DNA of 64,000 nucleotides. Origin: a virus. Lineage: Duplodnaviria; Caudoviricetes. A program made the position numbers and the translations under genes. The stretch spans positions 2,287 through 66,286 of IMG/VR virus record IMGVR_UViG_3300043618_000034. One strand, written 5' to 3'. Below, one piece after another: positions 63,840-64,000 of this stretch. The notes under the pieces were generated by a model. It did not search any database. It was not told the DNA's origin and saw only the letters and a program-made list of their open reading frames with translations. How positions within the stretch are numbered: position 1 is the first letter of the stretch; every line of letters begins with the position of its first letter.

Positions 63840-64000
63840 CGTACTGCATCCACGGTGGACGCAGCCACGAGTTCCCGATCGAGGGCGAGACCGGCGCGTA
63901 CTGCAAGGAGCACGGCGTGACGCTCCTGTACTACGGCGAACCGATCACGTGCGAAGACCTCACCCCCAGCACGGCTACCCCGGACGCGGATCAGGAGTAG
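63836..64000 (+). CDS. Small Zn-binding protein
   Basis: MTYCIHGGRSHEFPIEGETGAYCKEHGVTLLY; ATGA overlap. Confidence 0.6.
   Translation: MTYCIHGGRSHEFPIEGETGAYCKEHGVTLLYYGEPITCEDLTPSTATPDADQE

Larger units (their letters stand above)
1..64000. mobile_element. Temperate siphovirus prophage, Streptomyces-type; near complete, integrase and att sites not in window
   Basis: Ordered immunity, replication, packaging, head, tail and lysis modules; WhiB gene; high GC; dense ATGA/GTGA gene overlaps. Confidence 0.95.

Noticed and set aside
1-64000. Integrase, att sites, tRNA/tmRNA, rRNA, IS elements, reverse transcriptase
   Set aside because: No supporting motifs or cloverleaf-like sequence noticed by eye; tRNAscan-SE and flanking sequence are needed to confirm absence

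Overview
The whole window is high-GC (about 70%) DNA of a temperate, long-tailed (siphovirus-type) actinobacteriophage, almost certainly a Streptomyces-type prophage. The integrase and both att ends are not visible; the integrase is probably left of position 1. Order of modules: immunity switch (repressor/Cro/excisionase-like, 0.3-1.5 kb); recombination and replication genes (PD-(D/E)xK exonuclease, phiC31 gp3-like protein, DnaQ-like, RuvC-like, WhiB, HU, beta-clamp-like, initiator with internal iterons; 4-13 kb); small early genes; a divergently transcribed accessory block with a translationally coupled membrane-protein operon resembling Streptomyces plasmid spread genes (19-26 kb); a strong promoter at 26953 opening the late region; an extra collagen/lectin fibre module with GT2 and NDP-sugar epimerase genes (28-32 kb); HNH, AEP, terminase, portal, head (with a GT4 gene coupled to the major capsid gene), tail, and lysis genes (33-59 kb); and right-arm accessory modules (59-64 kb). 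The strongest unusual signals: (1) the terminase large subunit is split inside its Walker A motif at G_GGA_AAA, the same slippery heptamer as at the tail-chaperone frameshift; (2) a probable virion glycosylation system; (3) an spd-like operon downstream of a palindromic bidirectional promoter; (4) a YqaJ-fold protein with all catalytic residues replaced; (5) a stand-alone AEP beside the packaging genes; (6) a repeated hairpin/U-tract/SD leader before key late genes. All family assignments are from motif recognition by eye; no database search was run.
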